Below are positions 37,054-50,400 of a stretch of DNA of 64,000 bases, piece after piece (positions within the stretch are counted from its first letter, which is position 1; each line of letters begins with the position of its first letter). A program made the position numbers and the translations under genes. Below the pieces are notes generated by a model. It ran no database searches, was not told the origin of the DNA, and saw only the letters and a program-made list of their open reading frames with translations. Source of the DNA: Lama glama (lineage: Eukaryota); NCBI GenBank assembly GCA_028534125.1, contig CM052816.1, positions 95,544,001-95,608,000 of the forward strand. The letters run 5' to 3'.

Positions 37054-38588
37054 CAAAGCTACAGTAATCAAAACAGCATGGGATTGGCACAAAAACAGAC
37101 ACATGGGTCAATGGAACAGAATAGAGAGCCCAGAAATAAGCCTATATACCTATGATCAATTAATCTTTGACAAAAGAGGCAAGAATATACAACAGAGAAA
37201 GACAGCCTCTTCAGGAGGTGGTGTTGGGAAAGCTGGACAGCTGCATGTAAATAAATGAAGTTAGAACACTCCCCGACACCTTACACAAAAATAAACTCAA
37301 AATGGCTTGAAGACATAAATATAGGACATGACACCATAAAACTCCTAGAAGAGAACATAGGCAGGACATTCTCTGACATAAATCATGGCAACATTTTCTT
37401 AGGTCAGTCTCCCAAGGCAAAAGAAATGAAAGTAAAAATAAACAAACAAGACCTTATTAAACTTACAAGCTTTTGCACAGCAAAGGAAACCATAAACAAA
37501 AATGAAAGAACAACTTACAGAATGGGAGAAAATATTTGCAAATGATGCGACTGACAAGGGACTAATTTCCAAAATATACAAATAGCTCAAACAACTCAAT
37601 AACAAAAACCCCCCAAACAATCCAATCAAAAAATGGGCAGGAAACCTAAGTAGATGTTTCTCCAAAGAAGACATCCAGATGGCTAATAAGCACATGAAAA
37701 GTTGCTCAACATCGCTAATTGTTAGAGAAAAGCAAATCAAAACTACAATGAGGTGTCACCTCACACCAGTCAGAATGACCATTATCAAAAAGTCTACAAA
37801 TAATAAATGCTGGAGAGGTTGTGGAGAAAAGGGAACCTCCCTACCCTGTTGGTGGAAATGTAGTTTGGTGCAGCTACTATAGAGAACAGTATGGAAATTC
37901 CTTAAAAATCTGAAAGTAGAGTTACCATATGATCCAGCAATCCCACTCCTGGGAATATATCTGGAAAAGACCAAAACTCTAATTTGAAAAGATACATGCA
38001 CACCAGTGTTCATGGCAGCACTATTTGCAATTGCCATGACATGGAAACAACCTAAGTGTCCATCCACAGATGAATGGATAAAGAACATGTGATGTGCACA
38101 TATATATGTGTGTGTGTATATATATACACACACACACACGTACATTATACATACATAATGGAATATTAGTTATAAGGAAGGGTGAAATAATGCCATATGT
38201 AGCAACATGAACGGACCTATAGATTATCATACTAAGTGAAATAAGTCAGACAGAGAAAGACAAATATTATATGACAACACTTATATGTGGAATCTAAAAA
38301 ATAGTACAAATGAAGTTATTTACAAAACAGAAACAGACTCATAGACATAGAAAATAAATTATGGTTACCAAAGGGGAAGAGGGGGGAGGGATAAATTGGG
38401 AGTATGGGATTAATAGATACACACTACCATGTATAAAATAGATAAACAACAAGGATTTACTATATAGCACAGGGAACTATATTTAATATCTTGTAATAAT
38501 CTATAATGGAAAAGAATTGAAAAAAATGGAATCACTTTGCTGTACACTGGAAACTAACACAATATTTCAAATCAACTCTACTTAAGTA
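37054..38588 (+). mobile_element. 5'-truncated younger L1 (ORF2 C-terminus + 3'UTR), about 1.5 kb
   Basis: ORFs read [10 protein letters not shown]...IKLLEENIG and [14 protein letters not shown]...[12 protein letters not shown]. An 11-bp TSD aaatgaagcaa lies at 37043-37053 and 38589-38599. Confidence 0.96.
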
Positions 38589-39069
38589 AAATGAAGCAAA
38601 ATGTTAACAGTGAGAGATTCCGGGTAAGTGGTACATGAGCATGCTATGTACTATTTTCATTATTGCCACTTTTCTGTAAGTTTGAATTATTTTCAAATAA
38701 AAATTAAGAATAAACAAACAAGGAACAGAAAAATGCTGCAGGAAACATCCTTATGCATGGCTCTGAGCACTGGTGTCATTATTTTGGGGGGAAATTTTCT
38801 AGATCCTTGGACGTGGAATTACTGGATCAAAAACAGTCACATGAAAAAAGTTTGGTTGATATTGCTGAATTACCAGGCAGTTTTTGCTGCACCACATTTC
38901 TTAAGATAGAACATGGTTAAAATTAGCATCACTAATGGAGACTGACAATAGAACCGCCAGAGGGACGTGTTGGAGGCTGGTGGGGCCTGGGTCTCATTTT
39001 CAAAGGCCCCTTAGGTGCCCCCGTGTGCCTTGTAAGTTGAGCAGGGGCCGCAGGGACAGGCATCACAGG

Positions 39070-39487
39070 CCTGTTAGTGTGCTTGGGCTGCCGTGAAGAA
39101 GTGCCACACGCTGGGGGCTTAAACAACAGAACTTTATTGTCTCACAGTTTCAGGGGCCAAACTCTGAGATCAAGGTGTCCGCAGTGTTGGTTCTTTCTGA
39201 GGGTTGTGAGGGAAGGGTCTGTTTTTCCAGGCCTCTCTCCTTGGCTTGTAGACGGCCGTCTTCTGTTTATTCACATCATCTCCCCTCTGTGTGTTTCTGT
39301 GTCCGGATTTCCCCCTTTTATAGGGACACCAGTCGTACTGGATCAGGGCCACCCTGATGATCTCACTTTAACTTGATTACCTCTGTAAAGACTCTGTTTC
39401 CAAATAAGGTCACATTCTGAGCTACTGGGAACTGGACTCTAATATATGAATTGGAGGGGGGGAGTGGGCTCAGTTCGACCCACGGCG
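39070..39487 (-). mobile_element. MLT1B-like solo LTR
   Basis: 'ggcttaaacaacagaactttattgtctcacagtt...gagatcaaggtgtccgcag...tttccaaataaggtcacattctgag'. Confidence 0.92.
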
Positions 39488-40932
39488 GTCGGGGTGTGTC
39501 TGCTTGTGAGCAATCCTGAGTTCCTCCAGGCTTACCTCCCATCTGCTTTGCGCCCTGTGTCTGGACTCCATCACTTTTGGCTGCATGTCTTAGCTTCCTT
39601 TTTATCTAGTTCTGCTCACGTTGGCAGCCTGGCTTGGGGTTTGTTCTCCTGGCTCTTATGAGGCATTCCCTTATGGTAGTCGCCCTCAGAAACACTGAAG
39701 AGGTCCTGCAGGCTGAGAAAGAGCTGAGGGCTGCACAGCTCAGCTGGTGGCCAGAGCCGGGAGAGAGAGACGAAACCTGCATCTCAACGGCACCTCACTT
39801 TTCTCTGCATCCTCTCTGCTGCCCAACATCCATCACTTGTCACTGTTTGTGAATCCAGTGCATGCTGAATATTGTTTTCTGTTCCTGAGTACAGCCCCAC
39901 CAGCAGATCATATCCTGTCTGTTCATTGCACCCCATTTACTCAGCTCCTGCTGGGAGTAAGGCACCATGGCAGGAACTCTGTTGAGGGCTTTAAGAGACA
40001 AAAAGGGAATCAGACTCAGGACAGCATCAAGCATAAAGATGATGGCAGACAAGGGAAAAGATGTGTGTGCAGATACGACATCGAATCAGCAGCGGTGAGG
40101 ATGTGCTCTAGGCTAGACCACAGACTGGGAGATGCAGTGGCCATCCTATTTAAGAAGAATCAGTGAAAAAAGAGCAGAAGCCTCTGAAACAGCCCAAGCC
40201 AGCCCAGTCAAAGCTCTCCCCTTGAATCACGTTGGTAAATTTGCAACCAGTGATTTATACATGTCACCACTCTGTTGCCTCTTCCCTCTTAACTTTGCAT
40301 TAAACTTTGCATTAAAACAAGCCGCGCTGAATCAGAGCAACGCAGTGCAGGGACTGAAAGGCTTTCTTCCCTTTGGGGCCTGTTACTTTATACCAGAATT
40401 CTGATTAAAACTCTTCCACTCGACTACATCTCCCTCTGGGCTAACTAGTGAGTCAACAAGTGGGTTTTAGGTGACATATCTGTGCAGGGACTCACACTCC
40501 ACCACCTCCCAGGACGCTCCAAGTGTCCTTTAACACAGCTTGGCCTCGAGCCATCCTGTGGGCGTTGCTGTATCAAAATATTTTCTTTCCAACTGAAAAT
40601 CCCAGTAGCTCAAAAATCATCAAAATGTAATGAACCAGATGAAAGTCTGATTTAACATCCATCCCTGCAAACTGAACACCTAGGTGAGGAAGGCAAGGGC
40701 TGGGGGATTCCTTCAGGATGGAAGGAAGCCAGTGACCCAAGGCAGCCACTCATCCTTGGACAGCAGAGGATGGAGGGCTGACACAGCAAAGGCCCAGACG
40801 TCACTCAGGATGTTGGGGGGGGGTCATCCTGGGGGAGTCTTAGCAGCTGAGGAAATGAAGCTATGGAAACTGGAATCACCCTTCTGTCCATCCTAGTCGC
40901 AACCCTTTTTTCCTGCCGCTCACCTTCCCCTC

Positions 40933-41367
40933 TGTACTGGGTTGAATAGTGTCCCCTCCAAGTTCATGTCCACCCAGAGCCTCAGAAGGTGACCTTATTT
41001 GGAACTTTGCAGATAGTTATGATGAGATCTCACTGGAGTAGGGCTGGAGCAGGGACGCCCAGTGGCTGGTGTCCTTATAAGAAGAGAAAGTGGGTGCCCA
41101 GACACGCAGGGAGAAGGCCATGGGATGATGGGGGCAGAGACTGGAGGGACACATCTATGAGCCAGGAGTGCTAAAGGCTGCTGGCAACACCGTCACATAC
41201 CAGGAAGAGGCAAAGAAGGATTCTCTCCAGACCTCTAGGTTCACGACCCCGCTGACACCTTAATTTTGGACGCCTGGCCTCCAGGACTATGAGAGAAATA
41301 AATGTCTGTTGTTTCCAGCCACTCAGGTGGTTGTCATTTGTGTCGGCCACCGTGGGAAAATCATACA
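40933..41367 (+). mobile_element. MLT1C-like solo LTR
   Basis: TG...CA termini ('tgtactgggttgaatagtgtcccc'...'ggaaaatcataca'); 5-bp TSD ccctc / gcctc. Confidence 0.92.
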
Positions 41368-42689
41368 GCCTCTTAGAAGAGGTGCAGCTGTTTGGGGATA
41401 GTTTAAAAGATCCGAAATCTCCTTTTTATCTTGGGTGGCCGTGGGAGGTCTCTTGGCTTGAACTTGTTTGCACTCGCAGGTGAGTTGTGTCGCGGATCAC
41501 AGGCCGGCTTGGGGATTGAGGCTGTGGAACTGTCGGGTTTATCTCAGAGGCGGTGGGTTAGTTTGTGTTTCTGTCATCTGTGGGCCTCGCCGGAGCTGAG
41601 GCTCAAATGGATCCCATGACAGAAGCAGCTACTCAAGGACTTAATGAAGTCCTTGGCCCCGTGTCTGGTGCCACGTCCTCATCCCTGCTTTTGGGATGAG
41701 GAGGGTTTGGGTGGGCGGAGATGTGCAGAGCAGAGGTAGGGGTGTCATGGTGAGCAGGGACCCTCCACGTTAGGAGGAGGGAAACACCATCGGTGTTGGG
41801 AGGCCAGGATGTGCGGGAGGGCGGAGGGCCTGGGGAGTCACTGGAGGCAGCTGACCTGCCAGAAGAGGTACTAAAAACTTGTCTTAGCATGAGTTTGCAG
41901 GCAGGTGAGGGGGAAGCCTGCAGGCAGGGAGAAAGAAAAATCCACGCAGACAGCTGATTCCCCCAAGTTCTGTGACGCAGCTCCGTTGGCTCCTGGGAAC
42001 ATCACCCACAAGACAGTCCCAGCTGGAGAAAGGCAAACGGGGCCTAGAACCTTGCCGCTCAGGGTTCCGAGTTCTAGTTCTTGGTCTGTTGTTTCAGCAA
42101 GTCACGCCGACCTTTGCATGCCTTTGTTTCCTTCCTGAGAATAACAAATCAGCCACTATCGTGTCCAGTTTCAAGCGGCACATAAATGATTGTAAAGCAG
42201 GCTGGAAATGGAAATTACTCAGAAATGATAAATGGTGGTTCCCACGATCCTGCCAGCCTGGCCCTATCTTCCTGCTGCAAAGCTCTCCGCTGGCTTTTCT
42301 CTGAATATTTGACAACAAATAGGTTTCACTTTTTTTTATTTGATTAAACACAAGCTTGATCTCTATGTGGAAGTAAAGATCCCGGTTTATTTTTCCCTCT
42401 CCATGTGCTTCCCAGCTCCCTCTTTGAGGACACACCTTCTACCGCCATCAGCCTCTCAGAAGTGGCAGGGAGTATAGTAGTGGCGTATGCACATAGTTGT
42501 GATATTTCGCAGAAATCAGATGCTACAAAGCTCTGCGGTCACGGGAAGGTGTGGAAAGACAAACTTGGACTCTGTGGGGCTGGATCCTGCTTGGGGATCG
42601 TGCCGTGGGTGTTACCATTAGATTGGTCTTATGCCAGCTGCCTCACTTAATTTTTGTTGTTGTTGACAGTTCTTTTGTTATTTTCATTT

Positions 42690-43830
42690 TTAAAAATGGA
42701 TGTGAGATTCACATAACATAAAGTGAACCATTTTAAAGTGAACAATTCTGGGGCATTTAGGATATTCATGTTGCTGGGCAACCACCACCTCTGTCTTGTT
42801 CCAAAACATTCACACCCTAACCTTGTGTATTAAGCCGTGGCTCCCACCCCCTCTCCCCTGCTGCTAGCATCCCCCAGTCTGCTTTCTTTCTCTATGGATT
42901 TACCTCTTCTCGACATTTCATGTAATTGGAGTCATACAAACTGTTGTGTCAGTCTCCTTTCTCTCAGCATAACGTTTTTGAAGTTCATCCACAGTGTGCC
43001 GTGCATCAGTACAGGCAGACCTCAGAGATATTGGGGATCCGGTTCCAGAACACCACAAAATGTGACTGTCACAGTAAAGTGAGGCACACAAGTTTTTTGG
43101 TTTCCCAGGGCATATAAAAGTTACGTTTGCAGTATAGGTAATCTATACTGTAATTATACTGTCGTATAATAATGTATACAATAGCGTTATGTCTAAAAAA
43201 AAAGGTACATACGTAAATGAAAAAATACTTTATTGTGAAAAATGCTAAGCGTCATCCGAGCCTTCAGCGAGTTGTAACATCAAAGGTCACCGATCACAGG
43301 CCACCGTAACAACTATAATAATAATGGAGAAGTTTGAATATTGAGGAAATTGCCAAAGTGTGACACAGAGACACAAAGTGAGTAAATGCTGTTGGGAAAA
43401 TGGTGCTGACGGACTTGCTCGACACGGGGATGCCACAAACCTTCGGCTTGTAGAAAACGCGGTATCTGCGAGAGGCAGCAAGTGACGCACAGCAGAGCGA
43501 GGGGTGCCGTGCTCCCTGCCTGTCTGGGGCTGAGGACGGCTGCTTCGTGTAGCTCTGCCGCGTTTGGTTTACCCGCTCTTCCCGTGTCGGACGTTTGGGC
43601 TGTTCCTGCCTTTTGCTACTGGGACTACTGTCGCTGTGAATATGTGCGTGTGTTTGTGTGTGTGTATATTTATTTCAGCGCCAGGTGTCAGTTTTGGGGA
43701 GGATAGACCTAGAAGTGGAACTTCTGGGTCGTATGGTAATTTTCCGTGTAACTTTTTGAGGACCCACTGAACGGTTTCCCGCGGGCGGCACCGTTTTACA
43801 CGCCTACCGGCAACACACGGGTGCTCACTC
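42690..43830 (-). mobile_element. L1MB-like 3' end, split by a Tigger1 derivative
   Basis: 'gagattcacataacataaagtgaaccattttaaagtgaacaattc'; frame reads KLPYDPEVPLLG. Confidence 0.9.
43012..43510 (+). mobile_element. Tigger1 internal-deletion derivative (Tigger1a-like MITE)
   Basis: Left end TA|CAGGCAGACCTC; right end 'gcgaggggtgccg'. Internal 'gccaaagtgtgacacagagacacaaagtgagtaaatgctgttgggaaaatggtgc'. Confidence 0.92.
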
Positions 43831-44167
43831 TCAAGGCGGCATTTACTCTCAGGGTCAGGCAAGTGCCAACTCTGCACTTGAAAGACCCCAGGGCGAGCGC
43901 GTCCTTAAACGCACAGCCTCCGGTGCCTCGCTCTCCTCGCCCCAGGCCCGCCCTGTGCCTGCGGCTGCTCAGGCCTGTTCTCTCCATGAAGGGCCGTTGT
44001 CCATGATTGAGGTGAGGCCCAAGAACCCTTTTGGAGCCTAGGAGGAGGTCTTTTTAATTTCCCACGCGGGTGTCCAAGCACCTGCAGGGTTTACACAAAG
44101 GCTCCGGGGGTCAGAGTGTACCAGCGGGTCACCTAGTGACAGGGAGGCCCACCCTGAAGTGGCCAGG

Positions 44168-44332
44168 CTGGGGCTTCTCAGACTTCAGCGTGCGCCCAGC
44201 CACCTGGGGGTCTTGTTAAAATGCAGCGTCTGGTCCACCGGGCCTGAGGTTGGGCTGAGATTCTGCATTTCTAACAGGCTCCCAGGAGGTCCTAAAGCTG
44301 ATGCACTGAGGACCACGCTTTGAGTAGCAAAG
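44168..44332. mobile_element. MER5A (hAT-Charlie MITE)
   Basis: 'cttctcagacttcagcgtgc...cacctgggggtcttgttaaaatgcag...ctgagattctgcatttctaacaggctcccagg...gaccacgctttgagtagca'. Confidence 0.9.
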
Positions 44333-47300
44333 ACCTAGGAAACAGGAAAAAAAATCACTGGCAACCTCATGTCACCATGAGAAGAGTGAGATGCAGCTGG
44401 GTCTCCAGGTCTGACTGTCTTTTTAACTCTCTTTGCTTCCTACAGAATCCCCGACTCCCGTCTGTCACATTGTTGCTGTCACGCGGTGGGGAGGCCCCTC
44501 CGACAGCCCGAGCCTCCCTGTCACGTGTCTGCCCTCCCCGTCCACGCCCCCACCCCGGGACCAGGCTCAGGTTGGCCAGGGAGGCCCTGGATTTGCCCGT
44601 TGTGGGTTAGGTACCCTCTGCGGAGCAGTCAGCACGGACAGGAGGTGGGGTCTGTAGGCAGTTGACATCCCCCCCTGGAAACATGTGGTTGGAGTGAAGG
44701 GAAACATCTTCCAGAATAAAGGAAGAACTTTCTCAGTGGAAGCGTGGAGGAGTGATGGGAAGACAAAACAATGAGCGTCCATCAGGTGGGGGAAGGTCCT
44801 CTAACCGTCGTTCCAGGCGGAGAGTCTAAAGCAGGACAGTCTTAGCGTGCCTGCTGCAAGGGGGGAAACAGGAAAACCTACTGCCTATTGGGAGCGTCTT
44901 AGCTTTGACAATTTGCTTAAGAGCATTTCTGTTTTCTATAAAATTGACATGGGAGTTTCCTCGGCTTATGTTATATTGCAACAGTGCTTCGTAAGCTCTT
45001 TCCACATCATGGCGAATGCAGAAGGTGACAGCGCTTGTACAGGCACTGAGGTAGTTGGAGGCGGCTGCCCATGGCCAGGGTGAGGGGTCTGGGCTCTGCG
45101 TGTTTTGGGACTGAGGGGATCCGGCCCCACAACCACCTTTAACCCATCTGCCAAATGACACTGAGCTGTGGCCCCCCACTTGGGAAGTTCTATTTTCAAG
45201 GGCTGTTTCAGGTTCAAAATCTTTAGCTTTATTAAGAAAATCTGCACCATAGTATCAAATATTATTTACTAGCAAGGCAGTAATGCACGCAGTCCAAGTC
45301 TGTATCCTTGTGGAAAAAGTCATTATCATTGAGGAAGATGGTAACCTGCCTGCTCAAAGAAGTGTAATGATTAGACACAATATTTTGTGTTAATTTTTCA
45401 GATTTGTCATGGATCCAAACACACAATTTCCTGTAGCTTTAATTTCCACTGAATCTAGTTCATCTGAGCAAGAGTTACCCTATAATGAAACAGTGTCTCC
45501 TCCTTACCTCAGTCACTTATTGCTTCTAAATGGCTTATTAAATGAAGAATGTTGCCCACACTGCAGCCACCAGAGACGGGGAGGTGATTCCTGTGGTTAG
45601 ATGTAATGTCTGTTCACTGGTTTATAGATCCAGGGCACAACGGAGAGTTCCATGAATCCACGTGATCTGGGAGGCCTGGCATCTGTATAATAAATCACAA
45701 CTAACTGGAGAGGTTTTCAAAGCATCCCTCCCACCCCCATCACTGGCACTGGATTATTATCTCTGCTGCAGAGAACACTTCCTCTTTGGAAAAGGCACGG
45801 TAGATCTCGTTAGCAAACCCTTTTGTTTTTAGTGAACGAAGAGATAGAAAAGGATGGGGAGTCAGGTGCCAACACCATGAACCCCAACTTCTACAAAGTC
45901 CTGGGAGCAGGACAGGCTTTGATCTTTGTAAATCTTGGGTAAAGTTAGCTTATTGGGAAGGTAGGGGGACCCATGGAATAGTCACTAAGTGTCAAAACTA
46001 CACATCATCCCAAACCAAGGAGCAGGAGTCATCTGATTTGGAATCACGGCCATAGGGTATATGGAGTGAATAATAGAACAGCAAAGACTTGAGGAAAGTC
46101 TACATATCTTGAAATAAAATAAAAGGCAAAATAAAAAAGTAGCAGGTAACTCTTTGTTCTTATTCCCTAATATCCCCAGCATTGGAAAGAGTATGTGGAA
46201 CCTGGTGAGGGCTCAAGGAACGTTTGCTGAACAGATCAATGAACGAGCTCAAGCATTCCTCTCTGCCCCTTGTCCACAGCTCGGAAAAACATACCACAAA
46301 ACGGAGGCTAAATTTCTAACTCAGTTCAAATCCAAGAGCAAAATTGTGTGTTAGAAATGTGGAATTTTTTAAAACTCTAGGAAAAGACAGCATCTAGATC
46401 AAAGGTAATTGAATAACAACTTGGTAAGGTAGTGGAATGATCACCAGGCTGGGAATCAGGAAGCCTGGGTTCTATGTGACATATTTCCCATGAGACATTG
46501 ATATATGATATATGATACTTTCCTCAAGGAGGCATTGAACTCAGTAGGGAAGAGAAAGAATATTGAATAAATGGAGTGGGAATAATTGGTAAGAAAACAG
46601 GAAAAATATCATAATAAGACATCAAGTCATACCATACAACAAAACAAATTCCAGTTGTATTAAAAAGTCAAATGAGAAAGTGATAAAAGTGGTAAGATGT
46701 AAGAAAATAGTGTGTGCTTATTGAGCTCTTGGGGCAAAAGTTTTGTTCAAACTTTATTTTGGAGTAGTTTGGTTTTAAGAGCTCTGGAACCTTATTTTCA
46801 TATTTTTGTTCAAACTGGTTTTTTTTTTTTTTGGATTAGTGAGGAAATTGTACCTGTAAGATAAATTGAAAAACACACAGAAAAGACACAGACTAATGTC
46901 CATCTGGACCAGGGTCTACCCAGCTCCTGCCCCCCTTTCCTGCCTTCAGAGGAGCCCTTTCTAAAGTCTTTTGGTATAATAGATGTCACATCTTATAAAT
47001 TACTTAGAGACTTGCAGTTTTCATTCAGCGTGGTGCCTTGGAGAGCTATCCATTTTTGTACCTACTGATCTGCTGCTTTTTTCTAGCCTGCTCCATGCAG
47101 AATATGAAGATAAACAGGGCAGCACCTTGAAAATCCTGAGGGAAAGTGACTTGCACCAGAACCACAATGGAATTCTATGCTGAAAATATCCATCAGTATC
47201 CACCCTCTTACAGGCATTTTCAGACATGCAAGAACACAGCATACTTTCCTGTGTTAGGAGTTAGTAAAGGGTGCGCTCCAAGAGTAATGAACAAGCAGGC

Positions 47301-47499
47301 AACAAAGTGGGAGGGAAACACAGGAGGAGGTGGAGCCGCCCAGGGGCTTAACCTGCCCTCTCGTTATATTGTTATTGTTCTGTCTCTCTGTCTCTGTCTC
47401 TCTCTCCCCTCTCATATTTCCTGTTTCTTCTCCTCTTCACAACCTTCACTCCTCATCTGAGGGTCCCCACAATGTCCCCTCACTTTACTCTACAAAGCA

Positions 47500-50400
47500 A
47501 TCCAGTCCTCTCTGTGTCTCCCTGGCCTGCCCTGGTTCCTCTGCGGGAACTTCCCCTTTACTTTCCTGAGTAGTCAGTTCCCTCTATTGGAAATTCTTTC
47601 CTGTCCCCACTGCACTGGATGGTCATTTAACATCGTGCAGGCATTTTAAGTCCAAGCACTACTATAAAAAATGACTCAGCCACAGGAAGCTCTTCTCTTA
47701 GCAAAACCAGCTTTCAGATTTATTTTTCTATTGTTTTTCTGTCTTCTGATTTATTATTTTCTGCTTTTTAAAATAATTCTCCATGTAACTTTTTTAGGTT
47801 GCTTTGCATTCCTCTCCCTTTGTGGGTTGGATGCCTACTTCGTTTCCTTTCATTCTTCATTTTTCTTCTCTTTTAATGGATAGAATTGAAGTGTTTTCTG
47901 CTGAGCTTTGCTTAGCTCTTTCCTATGGATTCTTACTTGTGTCTTACCTGGGACCATTTCATTATTGTTTTCCAGATGTTATATACATCTGTTTGTCATT
48001 CTCTTTGACTCAAGGAGAACTTAAGAGCATTTTTTCCCCCTTCCAGACGGAGAGTTTTTTGTGTGTTTTGATTTGTTCTGGTGTTCCTGCATTGTGATCA
48101 TAGAAAGTTTTCTGCCCTGTTTTTGCTTTCTGGGGATATTCTTTTTGGCCTGAGTCCAGTTTTTATGATAATTTCATGAGCACTGGAAGATATTTTCTTT
48201 ATTTGCAAATGTGAATGTATTTGTGTATATGTAAACCAGACTTACTATATTATTTACTTAATTAATTTATTAATTATGCTGTTTTGGTCTTTGTAACTTA
48301 TTTATTCACCTGCTTTATGTGTCAAGAACAGACAGTTGTGCACAGATGTTTAGAACAGTTACCTTTATTGCAAAAGTGCACCATTTAATTTAATAAAGTG
48401 CTCATTTTTGTTTTTTGAAAAACACTTTGGGGTCTTCAGCCTGTCTTGAGTGATATTAAGATCACAACCCTTGCTCTTTTTTAATTTGTACTTGAGCTTC
48501 AGAAACCTTTTGTTCAAAAGTCAAAAGGCGTTTCAGTCTTTGTGAGGCACTTTGTTCTTGGAATGGCTCTGTGTACGGCTTAGAGTTGGCTTTTGCTTTC
48601 GTCATCCAATCTCTTCCCTCCTTCCCTTTCTCCCTCCCTTCCGTCCCTTCTTCCTTCATGGTTGAGTTAAGCTCCTTTACTATCTGTTAATAGTAGGTAG
48701 ATTTGATCTTACTTTTTCACATTATTTTATATTGTTTTCAATTTTGATGCCTTGTTGGTCTGTTTCCTTTGAAAATATTCTTGAGGATTGTGATTTTATT
48801 CTAACAGTTACTTTTAACATTTCACTGGAAGTTAATACCCTTGGTCCTCTACTTTTCACACAGTGTATGTTTGTTACCCAGAATAAAGTACAGTTGTTCC
48901 TCTGAATCCGCTGAGGATTGGTTCCAGGAGCCTGGGAAGATATGAAAATCCACCGATGCTCAAGTCACTTATGTAAGACGGCCCAAGACATGGAACACAG
49001 TTGGCCTCCCACGTCCGTGGGTTTGGCCTCGGTATCCATTTGTGGTTGGTTAACCCTGGATGCAAAGCCCATGGATACAGAGGGCTGACGGTAACAATAG
49101 AGTTAGTATCTTTACTTTTTTCCTTCCTCCCGTATACCCAGTTTTAGTCAGTAATACCCATCTGTCTTAGTATTTATCCTTGTAAGGTAGATATGTTTAT
49201 ATTTCTACCATTTCATTTGTCAGCTGTAATGAGTGTTTGTCGTCTTCCAGCTCTTTCAAATGAGGCGACTGGCAGACTTACCCTGCCTTTCACCTTCTCA
49301 TGCTCTCCCGCCCGGGACTGTGTCTGTGTCCTTTCCTCACTGTGGTGGCGTGTAGCACTTCATTCCGTGCTGTGGCCCTAGTCTGCACGTGTTTCGGTTA
49401 ATTTTACAATTAAATATGTCCAGTGCTCACCACCAGGTTCTCTGCCTGTAGTTTTCTAATTGCCTTCTGGTTGGCTAAAGTTTGTTTTTCTAGGAGCTTT
49501 TTCAAGAAGGATTTATGATAATGATGTTTTCTAACTTCTTGCAATTAAAAAAAAAGTACCCTTTATACTTGAAGGACAGGTCAAATTTTCCCCATGAGTA
49601 CCTTATAAATGCTGCTCCTTTATCTTCTGGTTTTAAGTGAATAATCTGAAGACAGACTGATTTCTTAGTCTAGAATATTTTTCTTTTTCTAAAGCCCAGA
49701 AATTTTACTATGATTAAGGTTTGGTAGTAACACTCCTAGGTCAACTTTTTCCCTAGTACACAGTGTACCCTTTCAACTTTGCAGATTACATTGTTCTTTT
49801 TTAATTTCATGAACATTTAATGGATTATGCCATTAAACATTAGCTTTGTTACATTGCTTTGGGTTTCTTTAGGATTCCAATTACATACATGTTGAATCTC
49901 CTTTACCTCTTTTCCAGATCTATCATTTTTAACAAAAAAATCTTTTCTATAACTTTGTTTTATAATATTCATGTTTCTCATTATGATATTTCTTCCTGAG
50001 TTTCCAAAGTATCAAGACTCATTTCTGCTTCTTCCAATATTTATCCATTTCTTCTTTCTTGGAGTATGCCAGCTCCTGTTTTCTTTCTTTCTGTTGAATA
50101 ATCACATCTTCCCTAGGTCCCTGTGTTTCTGGTCTTCCTTGTAGAGATAATTGCCACATTGAATATTTTAAAATTTGGTGAAATACTTTGTTGAAATTTT
50201 TATCTGTTTGATGGCAACATTTTTCTGGTGAGCATTCTTCATCTTTGATACATTTTGTTTCTCTTTTCCCCATTATCTCCCAGCTCATCTTTGTATTAAT
50301 GCTATGCTAATTCCACTTTCACTATTTATCATCGAATGATATTTTCCTTGACCAGCTGGTAAGTGGTTCCTTTTTGAGGGTGGGGTACTGAGGCTAAGGT

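Larger units (their letters stand above)
35920..38710 (+). mobile_element. Old L1 3'UTR (L1MC/MD-like), interrupted by MLT1A and a younger L1
   Basis: 'ttacaaggggaaaaatagcaactacacagtggaaaa', 'cacaacctgaatccagccatgagg', 'tttaggaaatacacattgaag' and terminus 'cttttctgtaagtttgaattattttcaaataaaa'. Confidence 0.82.

Noticed and set aside
37255..37882. L1 ORF2 peptides as a functional CDS
   Set aside because: 5'-truncated, frameshifted L1 copy.
45403..45600. Acceptor-like 'tttttcag' followed by ORF MDPNTQFPV
   Set aside because: Weak donor and no homology; indistinguishable from background.
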